A DNA stretch of 64,000 bases from Alphaproteobacteria bacterium (GCA_965216755.1 CBDCGL010000011.1:4448001-4512000), one strand, 5' to 3'. Shown: positions 47,500 through 58,348, counted from the first letter of the stretch. Made by a program: numbers and translations. Notes: generated from the sequence alone by a model not told the origin.

Positions 47500-48534
47500 A
47501 TGAGCCGAGGACACGTAACGTGTGGCACAACGGTTTTGGCATTGATCTCTGCAATGCTATGTGCCGTTCCAGTTCGGGCCGCGGACCATAGCTGGACTTT
47601 TCAAGCCGCGACCTCGGCGGGTGAAATTGCCTTTGAGATTATGGAGGATTTCACCGAGTCGATTGGCCCGCTTACGAACGGTCGCGTCGAAGTTCGGTTG
47701 ATGCCGGTGGGCGCGATCGTCCAGTATAGTGAGACCCTTGACGCGGTCGCCGCCGGCGTGCTGGATGGCCATGTCACGGCATCGGTGTATTTTTCTGGCA
47801 AAGATCCAGCCTTCGCCTTGCTTGGCGATTTGATTGGAGCTTACAACCACCCGAACGAAATGCTGCTGTTTTTGCATCGCGGTAGCGGCGATGCCTTGTT
47901 ACGGCAACTGTATGGGCAATATGGTTTGCACTATATCGGCGGCGCGACCACAGGTAAGGAGGCGTTTGTCTCGACGATCCCGATCCGCGGCGTCGCCGAT
48001 TTCGCCGGCGTCAAAGTACGCGCGCCAGAGGGCATGGCCCAGGACATCTTCGAGGAAATCGGCGCGGCGCCTGTGAACCTGCCGGCGGCGGAAGTCTTTA
48101 CCGCGGTCGAGCGCGGCGTCGTTGACGCCGCTGACTGGGCGACATTTTCCATGAATCATCAACTCGGCTTTCATAAGATCGCCCGCTATCCGATCTACCC
48201 AGGCATTCATTCGATGCCTGTTATCGATGTCTCCGTCAACCAATCACGTTGGGCGGCGTTGACACCGGATTTGCAGGCGATCCTAGCCGTGGCCGTACGG
48301 GATTTCGCGCGCGACATTGTCCAACGGCTGGAATTGCAGGATGTAAGCGATGTCGCGGACGCCCAGGCCGACGGCGCTGAGGTGATCGATTGGTCGGACC
48401 AGGAACGGCAGAAGCTGCGTGACGTCGCGGTCGGCGTGTGGGCCGACTGGTCCGCGCGCAGTGACCTGGCCAAGGATGCTTATGACGCGCAGACGTCATT
48501 TCTGAAGCGGATTGGTCTGATCAGTGGTCCGTGA
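47500..48534 (+). CDS. dctP: TRAP substrate-binding protein DctP (copy 2)
   Basis: Paralog of copy 1: ETLDAVAAGVLD, YFSGKDPAF, FAGVKVRAP, ERGVVDAADW. Confidence 0.92.
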   Translation: MSRGHVTCGTTVLALISAMLCAVPVRAADHSWTFQAATSAGEIAFEIMEDFTESIGPLTNGRVEVRLMPVGAIVQYSETLDAVAAGVLDGHVTASVYFSGKDPAFALLGDLIGAYNHPNEMLLFLHRGSGDALLRQLYGQYGLHYIGGATTGKEAFVSTIPIRGVADFAGVKVRAPEGMAQDIFEEIGAAPVNLPAAEVFTAVERGVVDAADWATFSMNHQLGFHKIARYPIYPGIHSMPVIDVSVNQSRWAALTPDLQAILAVAVRDFARDIVQRLELQDVSDVADAQADGAEVIDWSDQERQKLRDVAVGVWADWSARSDLAKDAYDAQTSFLKRIGLISGP

Positions 48535-48576
48535 GCGGCCGCAGCGCAGATGCGCGATTGACCTGCGGAGCACGCC

Positions 48577-49062
48577 TTGATCGGCCGTGTCTGCAAATGG
48601 GTCGGTGAGACTTGCAGCTACATTTTCTTTATTTGTATGCTGATAATTGCCTACGAAGTAGTCATGCGTTACGTGTTGAACGCGCCGACGGTTTGGGCGC
48701 ACGACTTGATCACGGCGTTGTGCGCGGTCGGCTTTCTCATTAGCGGTGTCTACACGCTTTATCGGCGCGCGCACATTCGCATTTCGATCATCTATGAGAA
48801 GTTGCCAAGACGCGTGCAGCGTTGGCTCGATGTTTTCAACGGCGTCATCACGCTGACATTTCTAGGCTTGCTCGGCTACCAGTCGACGTTTAGTGCGGCC
48901 AAATCGATCCGCATCATGGAAACCGCCGGTACGGCGTCGCAATTGCCGCTGCCGCCGATCATCAAGACGGCCATGGTGGTCGCGTGTGTGCTGATGTTTG
49001 CGTTGGCGTTGGTGCATACCTGGCGGGCGCTGCAGGCTCTGCGCGGCCACGAGCCGTTGTAG
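48577..49062 (+). CDS. dctQ: TRAP small permease DctQ
   Basis: YEVVMRYVLNAPTVWAHD, AHIRI, four TM helices. TTG start with ggag RBS. Confidence 0.88.
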   Translation: MIGRVCKWVGETCSYIFFICMLIIAYEVVMRYVLNAPTVWAHDLITALCAVGFLISGVYTLYRRAHIRISIIYEKLPRRVQRWLDVFNGVITLTFLGLLGYQSTFSAAKSIRIMETAGTASQLPLPPIIKTAMVVACVLMFALALVHTWRALQALRGHEPL

Positions 49063-49076
49063 GCTGTCAACGGGCC

Positions 49077-50390
49077 ATGGGCATCGAACTGATCACGCTG
49101 TTGATGGTTGGCGCGATCGCCTTGTTGTTGGCGATGGGGCTGCCGCTGGCGTTTGTCACCGGTTTTGTCGCGCTCGCCTTCGCCATCGGCAATTTTGGCA
49201 TGCCGGGCTTGTTCTTGATCGAAAGCCGAATCTTCAGCTTTGTTCGCGAATTTGTGCTGGTCGCGGTGCCGATGTTCATCTTGATGGCGTCTGTCTTGGA
49301 ACGTTCGGGCGTCGCTCGTGATCTATATCGGGCCATGCATATCTGGTCGGGCGGGCTGCGCGGCGGTTTGGCCATCCAAACCATGATTGTCGCCGTTCTG
49401 ATGGCCGCCATGACCGGGATCATCGGCGGTGAGATCATCCTGCTTGGCCTGGTCGCGCTGCCGCAGATGCTCCGTCTGCAATACGATCGTAGCTTGGCGA
49501 TCGGTACGATTTGCGCCGGTGGCTCATTGGGCACCATGATCCCGCCCAGCATCGTACTGATCATTTATGGTCTGACCGCCGGCGTCGACATCGGGGCGCT
49601 GTTTGTGGCGACCATTGTTCCGGGCGTCCTATTGGCAAGCATTTACATCGGCTACATCATCATCCGCTGTCAGCTCAATCCCGCGTTGGGGCCACCGGCG
49701 CCGCCAGAGGAACGCAATTTGCCGCGCGCGGAGAAATTCAAACTGATTGGCGGCTTGGTCTTACCGTTGGCCGTTGCGGCAGGCGTTCTGGGGTCGATCT
49801 ATCTGGGTATTGCATCGGTCAGCGAGGCGGCGGGCATGGGCGCCGTGGGCGCGATCTTGTCGGCGGCCGTCCGCCGCGAGTTGACGTGGCCCATGCTGCG
49901 TGACGCGCTGTATCAGACCATGAATACCTGTGGCATGCTGCTTTGGATCACATTTGGCGCGACTGCCTTGATCGGAGTCTACAACCTACTGGGCGGCAAT
50001 GTTTTCGTTAAGGATCTGATTACGGGTCTGCCGCTTGGACCGCTCGGCATTGTGGTTGTCATGATGGCGATTCTGATCGTGCTTGGCCTGTTCATGGATT
50101 GGATCGGCATCTGCCTATTAACCATGCCGATCTTTGTGCCGGTAATCGTGGCGCTTGGCTACGACCCCATTTGGTTTGGCATTCTTTTTTGTATGAATAT
50201 GCAAATCAGCTACTTAACGCCGCCGTTCGGTCCCGCGGCGTTCTACTTACGGGGCGTTGCGCCCGACGGCATTGAGCTAGGTGATATTTTTCGCGCCATG
50301 TGGCCTTTTATCGGCTTGCAGGCCATAGGCTTGGCGCTGGTGCTGTTTTTCCCGGCCTTGGCGCTTTGGCTGCCGTCACTCATCCGTTAG
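49077..50390 (+). CDS. dctM: TRAP large permease DctM
   Basis: LVAVPMFILM, GTICAGGSLGTMIPPS, YLTPPFG. Confidence 0.93.
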   Translation: MGIELITLLMVGAIALLLAMGLPLAFVTGFVALAFAIGNFGMPGLFLIESRIFSFVREFVLVAVPMFILMASVLERSGVARDLYRAMHIWSGGLRGGLAIQTMIVAVLMAAMTGIIGGEIILLGLVALPQMLRLQYDRSLAIGTICAGGSLGTMIPPSIVLIIYGLTAGVDIGALFVATIVPGVLLASIYIGYIIIRCQLNPALGPPAPPEERNLPRAEKFKLIGGLVLPLAVAAGVLGSIYLGIASVSEAAGMGAVGAILSAAVRRELTWPMLRDALYQTMNTCGMLLWITFGATALIGVYNLLGGNVFVKDLITGLPLGPLGIVVVMMAILIVLGLFMDWIGICLLTMPIFVPVIVALGYDPIWFGILFCMNMQISYLTPPFGPAAFYLRGVAPDGIELGDIFRAMWPFIGLQAIGLALVLFFPALALWLPSLIR

Positions 50391-50523
50391 CCACGTCTTT
50401 TCGCGCATTCTTTTTTGTTCGGCGTCGCGATCGACCCTAGATCTATTTAAGCACCGCCATCTTGGCAAACCGTAGCCGCACGAACGCGCCGCGTCGGGAT
50501 TCAAAGATAGATATTGCCGCGAC

Positions 50524-51942
50524 ATGGAACAAAGCGACAATACATCCCTCTCTCCGTGCCACGCCTCGCCGCCAGTCGCGTTACCGCGGGCGGCTCCGGG
50601 CGCCGCGCAAGCTTTCGAAACCGCGCATCCTGGCGTCGAGTCTTTGGACGCGATTATTCCCGACCTTTGCGGCGTGTTTCGGGGCAAACGTCTGCCCTGG
50701 CGCGATGCCGCAAAACTCTGTGCAGGCGGCATGCCGGTCCCGGCATCATGCTACCTGCTCGACGCGGTCGGCGCCAATACGGATGCGGTCGGCAGCGGTT
50801 TCACGGATGGCGACCCAGACGTGACCGCGTGGCCAGTGGCGGGTGGATTTGCGTTGGTGCCGTGGCGCCGGCGCGCAACCGCGCAGATATTGATGTCGAC
50901 TTGCGAGGGCGACGGGCGACCATGCAGGTATGATCCGCGCGCCGTATTGGCTCAAGTGGTTGGCGCTTTCGATGCCATCGGGCTTAAACCGGTTGTCGCA
51001 TTCGAGCTTGAATTCTACCTGCTCGACCGATCGCGCGATGCCAAGGGGCGGCCGCGACCGTTCATCGATGCCGACGGGCGTCGACCCAGCCAGGTCCAGG
51101 TTCTAAGCATGGCGGACGTGGATCGGGCGTCGCATTTTCTCGACGACGTTGTCGCCGCGTGTCGGGTGCAAGGGATCCCGGCCGGCGGCATTTCCGCCGA
51201 ATACGCCCCCGGGCAGTTTGAGATCAACCTGGCGCACGGTGCTTCGCCGGTCGTTGCAGCCGACCAAGCCGCATTGTTTCGGCGGTTGGTCCAAGGTGTT
51301 GCGCGCAAGCATGAACTTGACGCCAGCTTCATGGCCAAACCATTTATCGACCGGGCTGGAAACGGCATGCATTTACATTTGAGCCTGGTCGACGCCGACA
51401 ATCGTAACATTTTCGCCGATAAGGATCCCTTTGGCGCGCCGGCTTTGCGCCACGCGATCGGTGGTCTGCAGGCGGTTGCTGCCGAATCGATGGCGATATT
51501 CGCGCCAAACGTGAATTCTTTTAGACGATATCGCGAGAATTTTTATACGCCCGTGAACATGTCGTGGGGCGCAAACAATCGATCGGTGAGCCTGCGCATA
51601 CCGAGCGGCGATGCGTCGAGCCGACGAATCGAGCACCGCTTTGCCGGTGCTGACGCGAACCCCTACCTTGTGCTCGCGGCCGTGCTCGCCGGCGTGCACC
51701 ACGGTGTGCAAGCACATTGCGATCCAGGCGCGCCGGCCGACGGCAATGCCAGTGTCAAGGCGGATCCCACGCTACCGCGGACCTGGCAGACCGCCCTTGA
51801 CTCCATGACCCGCGGAACCGTTCTGCGGCACTATTTGGGCGCGGACTATCTGCGCGCGTTTGGCGAAGCCAAACAGACGGAATTGGATCGGTTCTTCGAA
51901 TATATCGGCGACCGGGAGTATCGCTGGTACCTGCTTCCGTGA
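50524..51942 (+). CDS. Glutamine synthetase-like (PuuA-type gamma-glutamyl ligase)
   Basis: PDLCGVFRGK, AFELEFYL, EYAPGQFEIN, FMAKP..AGNGMHLH, WGANNR, IEHRFAGADANPY. Confidence 0.88.
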   Translation: MEQSDNTSLSPCHASPPVALPRAAPGAAQAFETAHPGVESLDAIIPDLCGVFRGKRLPWRDAAKLCAGGMPVPASCYLLDAVGANTDAVGSGFTDGDPDVTAWPVAGGFALVPWRRRATAQILMSTCEGDGRPCRYDPRAVLAQVVGAFDAIGLKPVVAFELEFYLLDRSRDAKGRPRPFIDADGRRPSQVQVLSMADVDRASHFLDDVVAACRVQGIPAGGISAEYAPGQFEINLAHGASPVVAADQAALFRRLVQGVARKHELDASFMAKPFIDRAGNGMHLHLSLVDADNRNIFADKDPFGAPALRHAIGGLQAVAAESMAIFAPNVNSFRRYRENFYTPVNMSWGANNRSVSLRIPSGDASSRRIEHRFAGADANPYLVLAAVLAGVHHGVQAHCDPGAPADGNASVKADPTLPRTWQTALDSMTRGTVLRHYLGADYLRAFGEAKQTELDRFFEYIGDREYRWYLLP

Positions 51943-52274
51943 TGATGTTCCGCTTTCGTTACGAATCGCACTGTGACAAGCGTGGGTGGGGCCGTGTATC
52001 AACCATCACAGATGGTCCACAAAGTGGCCATCTGAGAGACAACTTTGTGACCGACTGGATATGCGGATGACATGTGCCCTATATAATTGTTTGAAATATC
52101 GGCATTTTGCCTTGGCTGCTTGTGCCCAGCTTGATCCTTTGCGTGACGGATCACGGAACACACCAGAATGTTCGGCTGATTGGCTGCCGCGCTTGTGTTA
52201 GGGGGAGTTTGAATCGTCGGCGTCATCAACCCATGAGGCGCCAAATTTGTGAGCCTTTCGGGGAGGGATTTATC

Positions 52275-52766
52275 TTGGCTCGCTATTTATCTTCCTTGCT
52301 TGTATCCACCGGCTTGCTGGTCGCGGGTTTCACAGCACCAGCGCACTCCGTATGCACCGACAGTGCCGAAGACGTCGCGGTGCAGGTTCGCGCGTTGCAG
52401 ACGCGCTTAATGGTGGCGGCGCTTGCGTGCCGCGCCCAACTCAATCCAGAATATCCAGTTTACTACAATTCGTTCGTTCGCAAGTTCGGCTCGGAACTTG
52501 CCCAACACGCGCATGTCTTGCGCGCACATTTTGAACGCGAACATGGCCGCTCAGGCGACGCTCAAATGGACGCGTTCATCACGCGGATCGCAAATGGCGT
52601 TTCGCAAGACAGCATGTCCGACGGAAATTTCTGTCGTGCGTCCAAGCCGTTGTTTCAACGCGTGCTGGGCGCGCAGCCGGGCGAACTTGGTGATTTCGCC
52701 GCCGCGATTGCACCCAGCCCAAGCGCCAGGCCGAGTTGCGCGGTCGTTGCGGGCGGTGGCGGCTGA
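52275..52766 (+). CDS. Hypothetical secreted protein
   Basis: ggaggg RBS before a TTG start, signal peptide, LQTRLMVAALAC..YNSFV..FITRIAN..FC. Confidence 0.7.
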   Translation: MARYLSSLLVSTGLLVAGFTAPAHSVCTDSAEDVAVQVRALQTRLMVAALACRAQLNPEYPVYYNSFVRKFGSELAQHAHVLRAHFEREHGRSGDAQMDAFITRIANGVSQDSMSDGNFCRASKPLFQRVLGAQPGELGDFAAAIAPSPSARPSCAVVAGGGG

Positions 52767-52833
52767 CCGGCACGATATCGCACGTTGATCTTGATGGGTG
52801 AGGCGGCGTCAAAGCCAATCACCTGACAAAGTG

Positions 52834-52877
52834 AGACCCCCGCCATGGCAGGCCCCGCCAGGCGGGGGTCTAATTTT
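52834..52877. terminator. Terminator hairpin between convergent genes
   Basis: agacccccgcc / ggcgggggtct 11-bp stem followed by aatttt. Confidence 0.65.
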
Positions 52878-52962
52878 GTGCTCTGGCTCCGTGGAACCGG
52901 CACGCCCTTAAACCGCGCCGCCCCTAGACTTCGCCGAGGGGCGGCCGCCCGGCTCCGGCCCC

Positions 52963-53859
52963 TTACGGCTGGAGCACGATCTCGGCGCGGCGGTTTTGCG
53001 GTTCGCGCACACCGTCCGGCGTCGGTACTAATGGATCTTCTTCGCCACGCCCGTCGACCGCGATAATCGTGGTGTCGACGCCCTGCGTCGCCAGCACCGC
53101 GCGCGCGGCCTCCGCACGCCGCAGCGACAGGGCGAGATTGTAGGCGTTCGGGCCAGATCGGTCGGCGTGACCCGTGATCGTGACGCGGGAGACGCCAAAC
53201 TCCGCCGCGGTCGCAGCCGCGCTTTCTAGAATTGACTGAGCTTCGACGGTGATTTCGGATTTATCCCAGTCAAAAAAGACCAAATAGGTTCTCTGCACTT
53301 CGGGCGCCTGTGCGGGTGCGGCCGGTGGCGGCATCGCGGCCGGCGGCGCCTCCGTGGTCGCCTCGGGCCGATCGAGCGCGGTCTCGACGTTGGTGATGGC
53401 CGTCAGATAGCCGGTTCGGCAAAAGGCAATGTCTTCAGGTTGATAGTTCTCCGACTGCTCATGAATCCAGCAATCGAACATCACTTGGGCTCGCGCCATG
53501 GACGACGGCATGACCTTGGCGCCACCGCGTTCCAGCGCGCGGACGATGCGGGCGCGAGCGTCTGTTAACTCATCGACATGCTCAGCCGGCAGATCCCAAT
53601 CTTCAATTCGTTCCGGGTCGACGATCTCGCCGCCGCCGGTCAGATTTGCCTTGTTGCCAAACAGCTTTGAGTCTGACCAGTCATCTTCGGCACCTTCGCG
53701 CCGCGACAACTCGACATAGTCGAAATGCAGATGGCGTATGAACTTCTCCCACCCGCTGTCGACCAGATCCCAACGCTCGGTATCCGTATAGTTGGACGAA
53801 GCACACGCGCCCAGCACCGTACAACTCGCCATCACGACCCAAAGCGCAAGCGACTTCAT
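52963..53859 (-). CDS. OmpA-family lipoprotein
   Basis: Lipobox LGA-C, AQVMFDCW..EQ, VFFDWDKS, GHADRSG..YNLALSLRRA, GRGE..NRR. Confidence 0.92.
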   Translation of the reverse strand: MKSLALWVVMASCTVLGACASSNYTDTERWDLVDSGWEKFIRHLHFDYVELSRREGAEDDWSDSKLFGNKANLTGGGEIVDPERIEDWDLPAEHVDELTDARARIVRALERGGAKVMPSSMARAQVMFDCWIHEQSENYQPEDIAFCRTGYLTAITNVETALDRPEATTEAPPAAMPPPAAPAQAPEVQRTYLVFFDWDKSEITVEAQSILESAAATAAEFGVSRVTITGHADRSGPNAYNLALSLRRAEAARAVLATQGVDTTIIAVDGRGEEDPLVPTPDGVREPQNRRAEIVLQP

Positions 53860-54212
53860 ATGTGAGATCCCCCGATCAATGCGATGACTCGAGCCTGTGG
53901 CGCCGTTCATCCAGTTTCGCGCGCATGCGACGATCCTTAGTAACGGACACGCGACACTGGCCCACGTCGAGCCATTAATCGCCAGATATCAGACGAACAT
54001 AAGCGATTCAACCACGTATGTAAGATTGCGCGGCAAACAAACACGAAACAGCCGACAAGCGTTTCTCTTCGGCAACAGGGCCACCCCAACGTTCGCCGGC
54101 AAAAATGCCCCAACATCTCAAGTCTGCGGCCGCCCGCCACGGCGGACCGGTTGTAGAAATATCAAGTCGTTCTATCCGCGCCGTCCCTCCGCGCGAAGCA
54201 GGTGACACACGA

Positions 54213-54575
54213 TCACGGCTTTTGGATCCATTGGCCGGCTGCGTTCTGGACCCAATCGCCCGAACCGGCGCGTTCGCGCAATCTCGCGCCGGCGACGGCT
54301 TCGACCTCCGCCATCGAGCGGCCGGTATCGCCCGCTGTTTTTTCGTAGGCGCTGCGCCGCTGCGCATTGAGGCTTTCCACAGCCGCTTTGAGATCACTGT
54401 CGCCGGCGCCGTCCACGAGCCCCAAATAGCCGTGGATTGTTTCGCCCACCGCGCCCGTATTCTTGAGATCTCGGGCGGATTGGGCCCACACGTCGCCGCC
54501 ATCAACCGCCAGCCAGGCTACAACAATAAGCGCGCACAGCCGCACCGCGCGGCACGCATAGATCGCAACCGTCAT
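54213..54575 (-). CDS. ydbL: YdbL (DUF1318) family
   Basis: GAVGETIHGYLGLV..NAQRRSAY..GDWVQ..GQWIQK, at the expected operon position. Confidence 0.85.
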   Translation of the reverse strand: MTVAIYACRAVRLCALIVVAWLAVDGGDVWAQSARDLKNTGAVGETIHGYLGLVDGAGDSDLKAAVESLNAQRRSAYEKTAGDTGRSMAEVEAVAGARLRERAGSGDWVQNAAGQWIQKP

Positions 54576-54644
54576 AGATATCCATCCTCGCGCTTGGGTG
54601 CGGCTTCGGGCACCCACATGATCGATGGTACCATTCGACCTCAT

Positions 54645-54845
54645 TCAAAAAAGGTCAGGATTCTCTTCGAACGTCTGTTCCAGCTCACGTTCAATTTGGA
54701 CCCGGACCTCTTGCTCAATCTTGATATTCAGATTTATGACGATCGGCTTGTCGGGGGCCTCGACTTTGACCGTCGGCGTACAGCCGGCGGCAACCGTAGC
54801 CGCCGAAATCAAACAAACGACATGCACGAGCCGCACCATTCCCAT
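54645..54845 (-). CDS. ynbE: YnbE family lipoprotein
   Basis: AAG-C-TPTVKVEAPDKPIVINLNIKIEQEVRV..NPDLF. Confidence 0.92.
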   Translation of the reverse strand: MGMVRLVHVVCLISAATVAAGCTPTVKVEAPDKPIVINLNIKIEQEVRVQIERELEQTFEENPDLF

Positions 54846-54875
54846 GTCTACGATCCTGTCACCGCGTGGTCCAAC

Positions 54876-57800
54876 TCATGGCGCATCGCCCGCCGGTGCC
54901 AATTGTCGCGCCACCTCTTCGGGAATCTCGTAGTAGGCCTCATAGGTTTCTCGCAGAATCTGCTCTAGCTTGCCAGTAATGCTCAAATTCAGCTCGAACT
55001 CACTGCCGCCATACACCGCCGGGTTGGCGCCGCGTATGCGAAACCGCAAGTCCGTTTGGCCGTCGCCGCGGCCGGTCAGGTCGACGCGCAGACGGCTATA
55101 GGCGAAATCGTCCAAGGCATCCAGCAGCAACTTAACGCCGGGGCCTCCGGCCAGCAACGCCGACTCAAGGTTTTCGGGACGATAGGTCAAAGTGCCGCCA
55201 TCAAACGTCGATTCAAGCCATCCTTCGGTGATGACGAACGCGCCATCCCGCATCACAACCGGAATCCGCCCATTGAGCCGTCCAGTGGCTTCGAGATTGG
55301 CACGTTCGGGTGTTAGTTCAAGCAGCTGGTCGAGCTCAATGCCGTCAATGTCCAGATTAAGGAGTAACGCACCGGTATCGGGCAGATGCGACGAGGCCAC
55401 CCGGACGCTGCCGCCAGCCCATTGAAATACCGCATTTTCCAACAGTGGCTGGCCATCCCGATCAAGGCGCACAGACAACAATCCATCGGTCAGTGGCAGA
55501 CCCAGATCAATGCCACGGATGGCGACGAGTTGTCCCGGCGGGGTCGATGGTGGCAGAAGTGCGTCGAAGGTAATGACGCTGTTGACGCCAAGCATTTCAA
55601 TGCCGTCCCAGCTGGTGCTGAAATCGGAGACGGTCAGGTCAAGTGCGCTTGCCAAGCGGCCGTCCGACCAAGTGATCGGACCCGCCATGCGGAATTGCCC
55701 TTGAGTGGGCCCCAAACGATTGGCGAGCAATGGCAATAGACGGGTCGGTTGTAGGCCATCCTCCAAGAAAATGATCGGATAGAGCTGCAAATTGCCACTG
55801 CCCTGGTCGCGTGCGGTGTCGTGTCTGCCATCGAACGCGATCACCAAATTGCCGCCGGGCTCGGTGATATTGGCCAGAAGTGTGATTGTTGAGCCGGAGG
55901 TGGCAATTTCGACATTTCCCTGCAATGGCGTAATGGCGGGGCGGGGTACGGCGTGCCGCAGGCTCGGCATTTCAAGCGAAAGTTTCGTTTGCCCGGTATG
56001 ATCGGCATTGAACGCAACGGCAAGTGATTCAGCGATCAGGCCGATCGACCCATCGGACGACGCCGTCTCGTCCCGTTTTTTTGCGTCAATCGCAACCCGG
56101 CCGCCGTCGCCCGCAAGTTCCGCGCTGAATTTGTGGCCGTCGTGACGCAAGACGCCCGCCGCCGTGAGTTTCAGGGGCGGCGTTGTCACGGTGGCTTGTA
56201 GTGTCGCGTTGCCATCCGTGCGATCGATATCGACTGTGCTCGGCTGCAGCTGCAGTTGCGCGCGCCATCGTACGGGACCACTGTCCAGACCGGAAATTTC
56301 GACAAGAGGCGCCGTTTCGCGTTGATCAAACGCAAGCGTTACCGGCGTGAAATCAAGGGTTGGCGCGGTGCCGACACGCAATCCGTCAAGTCTTAGAAGC
56401 TGTGTACCGCGAAGTTGCGTGTGCAGGTTGGCACCGTCGTAGGTGAAATCGGCGTTTACGGTCATCGTGCTGCCGGTCATAGAGACCGCCTCAGGCAAGG
56501 CGGGCGTTCCGCGCGTCGTGAAACGCAGATTGCCGACATAGACGCCGTCGGCGGCGGACAATGTGACATGGCCGTCGCGCAAAGATACGCCGTCGGTGAG
56601 TGGTACAGCCGCGACAGCGGTCAGGTCTGCTTTCTTGATGGCCCGCAGTGTGACTTGACCGCCCTTGATCCTGCCGACGACCTCCATGCCCCGCGCGAAT
56701 AGGTCCACGGCGACGCCGTTGTCACCACCAATCACGAGCATACCGCTGCCGGACAAATGCGCGCGCGTGTGCCCAGATGGGTCCACCGATACGACCGACG
56801 GGATCTCGGGGTCGGACTCAATGCTCGATTCAACGCCATTCAACAGCAGGCGACCTAAGGGCGAAGCGCGCGGCATGCCCACAATCTCTGGCGCAACGGA
56901 TGCGGCGCGGGCGTCAATTTTGGCATCCAAAATGGCCAATGCACCGTTTGTCGTTTCAACCATGGCGGTGGCATCAATACCAGCGTTATCAATGACACCC
57001 GGCACCGTGACGCCCGGGATCGTCACGGCAACGCGCAGCTGGGTGTCGGCGGCGCGAAACCAGTCACCGGCGACCACGGCATCGCGGGCCCGCTTGGTGC
57101 CAAGCATGGTTCCGGCCACCGAGAAATCCAATCGCGGACCGATCTGAGACAACTGCAAGGCCGTCGGCAAATACGCCTCGGCAGCGAGACTTGACGGGAC
57201 GCGCATGTGACCGCGCAGTTCAAACTGCGGCGCGTCACTGCTTATGTTTGCAAAATCACCGGCGACGACAGCTTCAAATGCTTGATCGGTAGACTCGGCG
57301 TTGACGGCGACGTTTATCGTGTCGTCGGCAAATGCAAAACTGATCGTGGCCGGCAGGGGGCCGAACGGAAGGTCGATCCCGGCGGTGCGCAGCAAGCCTT
57401 CGCCTTGGTAAAGAGCGCGTTCATTGACCTGAAACGCCACCTGACCGGAAATGCCATGGCCGGTGAACCAGTCCGCGCGCAGCCAAGCATCCGAGATTTC
57501 AGCGAACAGATCAAAGGATTGGGCGATGATCGATCCATCGAATTCGACGGCGACCCGCGCGGCGCCGAACGGTGTGGTCAAGGAAACGTCAGCGTGGCCG
57601 CTCACCGCACCGACATCGCTGAGTGCGGCGGTTGCGTTGATGGGCATCGACACTTCGCCTTGGTCCGTTCCCAATACTATCAATGCGTCGCGCAACTCCA
57701 CCGCGCGCACCGGCGGTACGAAGCCATGGCTCGTCGTACCGGCGGGCCGTTCGATTTGCACAAGTGTGCGCGGGTCGGGCACGGGCGCGCCATCAACGAT

Positions 57801-58157
57801 ACGGCCATGCCAGCGCACGCCCACCAACACCAGCCGATCGAACAGCAGTTTTGATTCGAGGCCCTCGCGCAAGATCGGCAGGGCTTTGTAATGCAGACTG
57901 GCTTGCCGTGCCGTCACGGCGCCGTCGCCCAGGGCGATGTTTTCCAGCAGCATGCTGCTGGCGCCAACAAAGCTCACGTCGAAGGAGATTCCCGAGACCT
58001 TATTCGCGGCCAGCCAGCGCTTGGCAGCGGTCTCGGCGAGCTGCGGACCGATGACGATCCACACACTCGCGGCCAACAGGCCGATCGGAATGACGCCGTA
58101 GAACAAGAGGTGACGCAGCCAGCGGGCAATCGATCGAACAAACATGAAGGCCGTCAC
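54876..58157 (-). CDS. ydbH: YdbH/AsmA-like intermembrane bridge protein
   Basis: N-terminal TM, beta-rich body, C-terminal TPPGQ..GRLNGRIP..ALDDFAY..GANP..LNLSITG. Upstream of ynbE-ydbL. Confidence 0.85.
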   Translation of the reverse strand: MTAFMFVRSIARWLRHLLFYGVIPIGLLAASVWIVIGPQLAETAAKRWLAANKVSGISFDVSFVGASSMLLENIALGDGAVTARQASLHYKALPILREGLESKLLFDRLVLVGVRWHGRIVDGAPVPDPRTLVQIERPAGTTSHGFVPPVRAVELRDALIVLGTDQGEVSMPINATAALSDVGAVSGHADVSLTTPFGAARVAVEFDGSIIAQSFDLFAEISDAWLRADWFTGHGISGQVAFQVNERALYQGEGLLRTAGIDLPFGPLPATISFAFADDTINVAVNAESTDQAFEAVVAGDFANISSDAPQFELRGHMRVPSSLAAEAYLPTALQLSQIGPRLDFSVAGTMLGTKRARDAVVAGDWFRAADTQLRVAVTIPGVTVPGVIDNAGIDATAMVETTNGALAILDAKIDARAASVAPEIVGMPRASPLGRLLLNGVESSIESDPEIPSVVSVDPSGHTRAHLSGSGMLVIGGDNGVAVDLFARGMEVVGRIKGGQVTLRAIKKADLTAVAAVPLTDGVSLRDGHVTLSAADGVYVGNLRFTTRGTPALPEAVSMTGSTMTVNADFTYDGANLHTQLRGTQLLRLDGLRVGTAPTLDFTPVTLAFDQRETAPLVEISGLDSGPVRWRAQLQLQPSTVDIDRTDGNATLQATVTTPPLKLTAAGVLRHDGHKFSAELAGDGGRVAIDAKKRDETASSDGSIGLIAESLAVAFNADHTGQTKLSLEMPSLRHAVPRPAITPLQGNVEIATSGSTITLLANITEPGGNLVIAFDGRHDTARDQGSGNLQLYPIIFLEDGLQPTRLLPLLANRLGPTQGQFRMAGPITWSDGRLASALDLTVSDFSTSWDGIEMLGVNSVITFDALLPPSTPPGQLVAIRGIDLGLPLTDGLLSVRLDRDGQPLLENAVFQWAGGSVRVASSHLPDTGALLLNLDIDGIELDQLLELTPERANLEATGRLNGRIPVVMRDGAFVITEGWLESTFDGGTLTYRPENLESALLAGGPGVKLLLDALDDFAYSRLRVDLTGRGDGQTDLRFRIRGANPAVYGGSEFELNLSITGKLEQILRETYEAYYEIPEEVARQLAPAGDAP

Positions 58158-58348
58158 GTTCGACTCACGGACGCACGCCTATGGTGAGGTCTGCACAAAC
58201 GGGTTGTCAAAACAAACTTTCGTTGGTGTTAAAACCATGTCGTGCCGCGCAGTTCGACACAATTTTAATCGTATGGCAATGATATCGAGTCGACTGCCAC
58301 TCGGGTGGGCGCTGGCGTAGGCCACGTTCACTGCAATTGGATCCGGCC

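Noticed and set aside
48531-48577. Possible frameshift at the dctQ 5' end (GTGA overlap out of frame)
   Set aside because: A TTG start with GGAG 6 nt upstream gives a complete DctQ.
52910-52960. suhB-like sRNA suggested by ccctagactt
   Set aside because: It lacks the CCUCC-rich 5' part and the U tail, and is better explained as a hairpin after the ompA-family gene.
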